Of a stretch of DNA of 64,000 nt, positions 61,101-64,000 are shown piece after piece. Origin of the DNA: Azolla caroliniana (lineage: Eukaryota; Plantae; Polypodiophyta); contig JBHGNT010000022.1 in assembly GCA_043228905.1 (NCBI GenBank), positions 9,052,001 through 9,116,000 of the forward strand, in the 5' to 3' direction. Made by a program: the position numbers and the translations under genes. The notes beneath the pieces were generated by a model that saw only the letters and a program-made list of their open reading frames with translations, did no database searches and had not been told where the DNA came from. Positions within the stretch are counted from its first letter, which is position 1; each line of letters begins with the position of its first letter.

Positions 61101-63405
61101 CTCCCTCAAGAAATTATATCTGCTGCTAGAGAGTGGTCAATTCAAAACCAGAAATTATGCAGTTGGGGAAGTAAAGAAAACGTTGGGAGTATTTTGGAGT
61201 TCTTCCCATAATAATATTACTTGTGCCTCTTCCACCAGTGACTGACAGTGCTCCAGCTCTGCTCGTAAACATTCAGCTTCTTCTAGCAATTCAACATAAG
61301 GAGCAGAAGCCAAGATGTGATTCTCATCACTAAAAGATTCCTGAAACATATCAGCTTGTAAGCTTTAATCAGCAAAAGGGAGAATGAAGTATTGTGTATT
61401 CAGCATAGGATACGTGAGATAACCTGAATTGTAAGAATCTGCTGGGAGATTCTCAATTTCTCTTGTTGTATTTCCTTCAGCTCGTCTAGCCTCTGTGCAG
61501 CTGCATTCTGGAGGAGAAATTTTGTAAATCAATTTACGATACAGCTCCATTAAAATTATGGGAAACACAACATCTCAAAACATTTAAAAAAATCATTCAA
61601 TTTATGTAAAAGATGAAACCAGGAAGCACCTTTGCCTCTTGTAATGCAGCTTCTAGCTCCTTACTTTCTTTGGATATTGCATCTCTAGATCCTGACATTG
61701 ATCTACAATCCTTCTGATTCCTCATTGCAGCCAATTTACGCCTACTTGTCTCCAGGTCAGCTAAAGTCTCCTCCAGGTCACCTTTCAATCGATTCAAGTG
61801 GGCTTGATTACTATTATGGCATTCTTTGCATGAGTTTATTTCAGAAACCAGTTCCACATGTTTAGCATCAAGGGATTCCACAACCAATCTCAGGGTCTTG
61901 ATCTCTGACCTCATGTCCTTAAAAATTATATCTAATTGTTGCACATACTCTGTGAAAGATGAAGCAAAATTCAAATAGCATTAGCATCCCTCACCATTAG
62001 AGCTTAAACGGCAATATGATAAGTCAATTAAAAACATCTAAAGCGAACAAAATTTTCTTAATGATTTCTAACAAATTTTCTTAATGATCAGCAACAGTTC
62101 AGTTCAATTTCGTTTGATTCAAGAATGTCAAAAACGAACCAGTTTGAAACCGAACCGTTTAAAATTTTGGAAACTTGAACCTAACCGAACCACGAAACCA
62201 TTTGAACCAAAACCGTTTTAAAAAATCAAACCATTAAAACCGCAGTTTTATGGTTCGGTTTCGGTTTTTAATTTAGGTCAAAATTCAATTTTAAATTTTA
62301 AATTTTTTCATTATTTTAATTTTTTATTTTTCAAAATTTTAAAGATTTTCCTAAAATGTGAATTAGGCTTAAAATTTTAAACAAATCTTAAGAAATTAAA
62401 AAAATTAAAAAACCATTAAACGGTTTAAACTGTGGTTTCTAACCGTTGAAACCGAACCATTCACCCCCCAAACCAAAACCGAACCATTAAAAAAACTCAA
62501 ACCTGAACCGAACCGTTTAAACCATTAAGCCGTTAAGCCATGGTTTCGCAGTTCGGTTCGGTTCAAACTGAACCCGTTTCCGACTGTTAGATCAAGCCCC
62601 TAACAACCTTTCCCCCTTCAGCAGTATACTAGAACCTCAGCATCCTTCCAATAATTCAATACTCCCATGGTTTCTCTGATAGATAGATGCTACTTCAATG
62701 CATCTGATTAAAATAATATGTTCATACTCACATGATTTCTCTGACCAATAGATGCTAATCCAACTCCTACACTTAAATATTATTGTTCATCCAGTAATCA
62801 GCCCCCACTCAACCTTCCTGAGATAATTCCCCGGTAATGTCGAACACAGGAAACTGCTGAAATATAGCTCCAAGGACCCTCACCCTCACAACCCTTCCAT
62901 TCATTTGAAGAAAATAGTCATCTAAACAAACCCCCGAAACATCTCATATACCAGGAAGGCCAAAAACCAATAGGATCAAGAAAATCACCTTCCGATGACA
63001 TTTCCGTTCCTATTGCTGAGAAAAGTTGTGCATTCTTAGTATTTTCTGTGTCAATAGCTTGGAGTAGATTTTCTAAAAGTTCTAATGTGGAAGCTTCACG
63101 TTGCTCAACTGCACGTTCAATAGATAGAGAACCATTGCAGTTGCCATTACTTGAAATACCACCACTGTGTAAAAAACGGTGAAGAAACATCTCCTCGGGT
63201 GCTATAGAAACTGTCTTTTCCTCTGCAATTTCCAATAGGACCTTTGTTTAACAAACCCTTCAATAATTTAATTCCATGTCCCTCCAAAAACTCACACTTT
63301 TTACAAAAAAAAGGTACCTTCTAGAGAACATGATGATTTAAGAACTTTAAGTCCATCAATAGGTGCATTGGCTCTTGCAAGAAGAAGCTCCAGATTTTCC
63401 TCAAG
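58198..63405 (-). CDS. HUB2: BRE1-like histone H2B monoubiquitination RING E3 ligase (HUB2-like), 3' 15 exons; 5' exons not identified, gene probably continues beyond the window
   Basis: Phase-consistent GT-AG exons: 63318-63405, 62989-63222, 61630-61949, 61424-61507, 61221-61340, 60749-60935, 60495-60655, 60348-60419, 60202-60278, 59835-60029, 59686-59758, 59511-59597, 59243-59380, 58947-59149, 58644-58809, plus terminal exon 58198-58329. Motifs TIGQAYEDMQTQNQRLLQQISERDDYNLK and C3HC4 RING CSVCHNRPKEVVITKCFHLFCSPCIQRNLETRHRKCPSC..FGQNDVR. The HUB2 vs HUB1 call rests on the RHRKCP/FGQND tail. Confidence 0.9.
62084..62602. mobile_element. Intronic non-autonomous hAT-type MITE remnant
   Basis: Clusters of AACCGAACC/GGTTCGGTT subterminal motifs at both ends, AT-rich core, right end ...gatcaagccccta; left end eroded. 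Confidence 0.6.
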
Positions 63406-64000
63406 CTGAAAGACAAGGAAATTTTCTCGGTAAGACTATGAAAATATCTGAGTTTGAATAAATCACTTGATGTGCTTACGTGACTTGACTTGGGATCATG
63501 AATAATGTGGCATACTCTTGATGAAACTTTACCAACAAAATGAATCACTGAAATATAAAGCAAATAGAATGAATGTAGTAATACTTTGGTCTGTTGATAA
63601 GAGAATAGTAGTCAAAAATCTTCTTAAGCTTCCGTAAATTTAGACCAAACACTTAATAGTCTACAATGCGAGATTATAATCTGCACATATGCATGGGTAA
63701 AAGATGTAACACAATGGTGCTTTTGTAACATTGATTAGAAATACAGCTAGCATGGTTCGACATTAAGGGTTGACAGAAGAGAATCTTGCGATTAGCAAAG
63801 AATCTCATGCACTCTCTAGAACAAAATTCAGATATAAATATCAATATAAATTTCCACTGACAAGCATGCCTACTATGCCCAACATTCCAAAAGCACAGTG
63901 CCTTCCTCAGGACACAGCTTCTTTCATACCAATGTATTGCACTAGGACAACTGTGAAGCCATTCATCATCTTCAATCTAAGTTTTGAGCTCTTAATTTCC

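Noticed and set aside
63406-64000. Further upstream HUB exon
   Set aside because: No phase-consistent reading with BRE1-like sequence found; treated as intron.

Overview
Eukaryotic land-plant DNA (inferred from a CCCTAAA telomere repeat, plant tRNA-Met/Trp primer sites and a spliced BRE1-type gene; a moss or other early-diverging plant is likely but unproven). Positions 1-51.5 kb are a deeply nested LTR-retrotransposon island that I resolved from LTR termini, PBS, PPT and target-site duplications (TSDs). It holds six Ty1/copia elements (A, B, C, D, J, K), two copia solo LTRs, and four related non-chromovirus Ty3/gypsy elements (E, F, G, H), nested up to B>C>E>F>G. Positions 51.5-57.7 kb hold degraded repeats: an unknown repeat, a collapsed Tat-like LTR element and a hAT transposase remnant. 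Positions 58.2-63.4 kb are the last 15 identifiable exons of a minus-strand HUB2/BRE1-like RING E3 ligase. The most unusual signals belong to the E/F/G/H gypsy group: 4-bp TSDs all centred on CpG, a tRNA-Trp PBS, a conserved -1 frameshift site after the protease, and a tRNA-like Pol III A/B-box cassette carried antisense inside the E/G LTRs. One copy (G) has a 36-nt tRNA read-through plus an inverted gag segment. There is also a 4-unit telomere-repeat insertion inside a copia RNase H.
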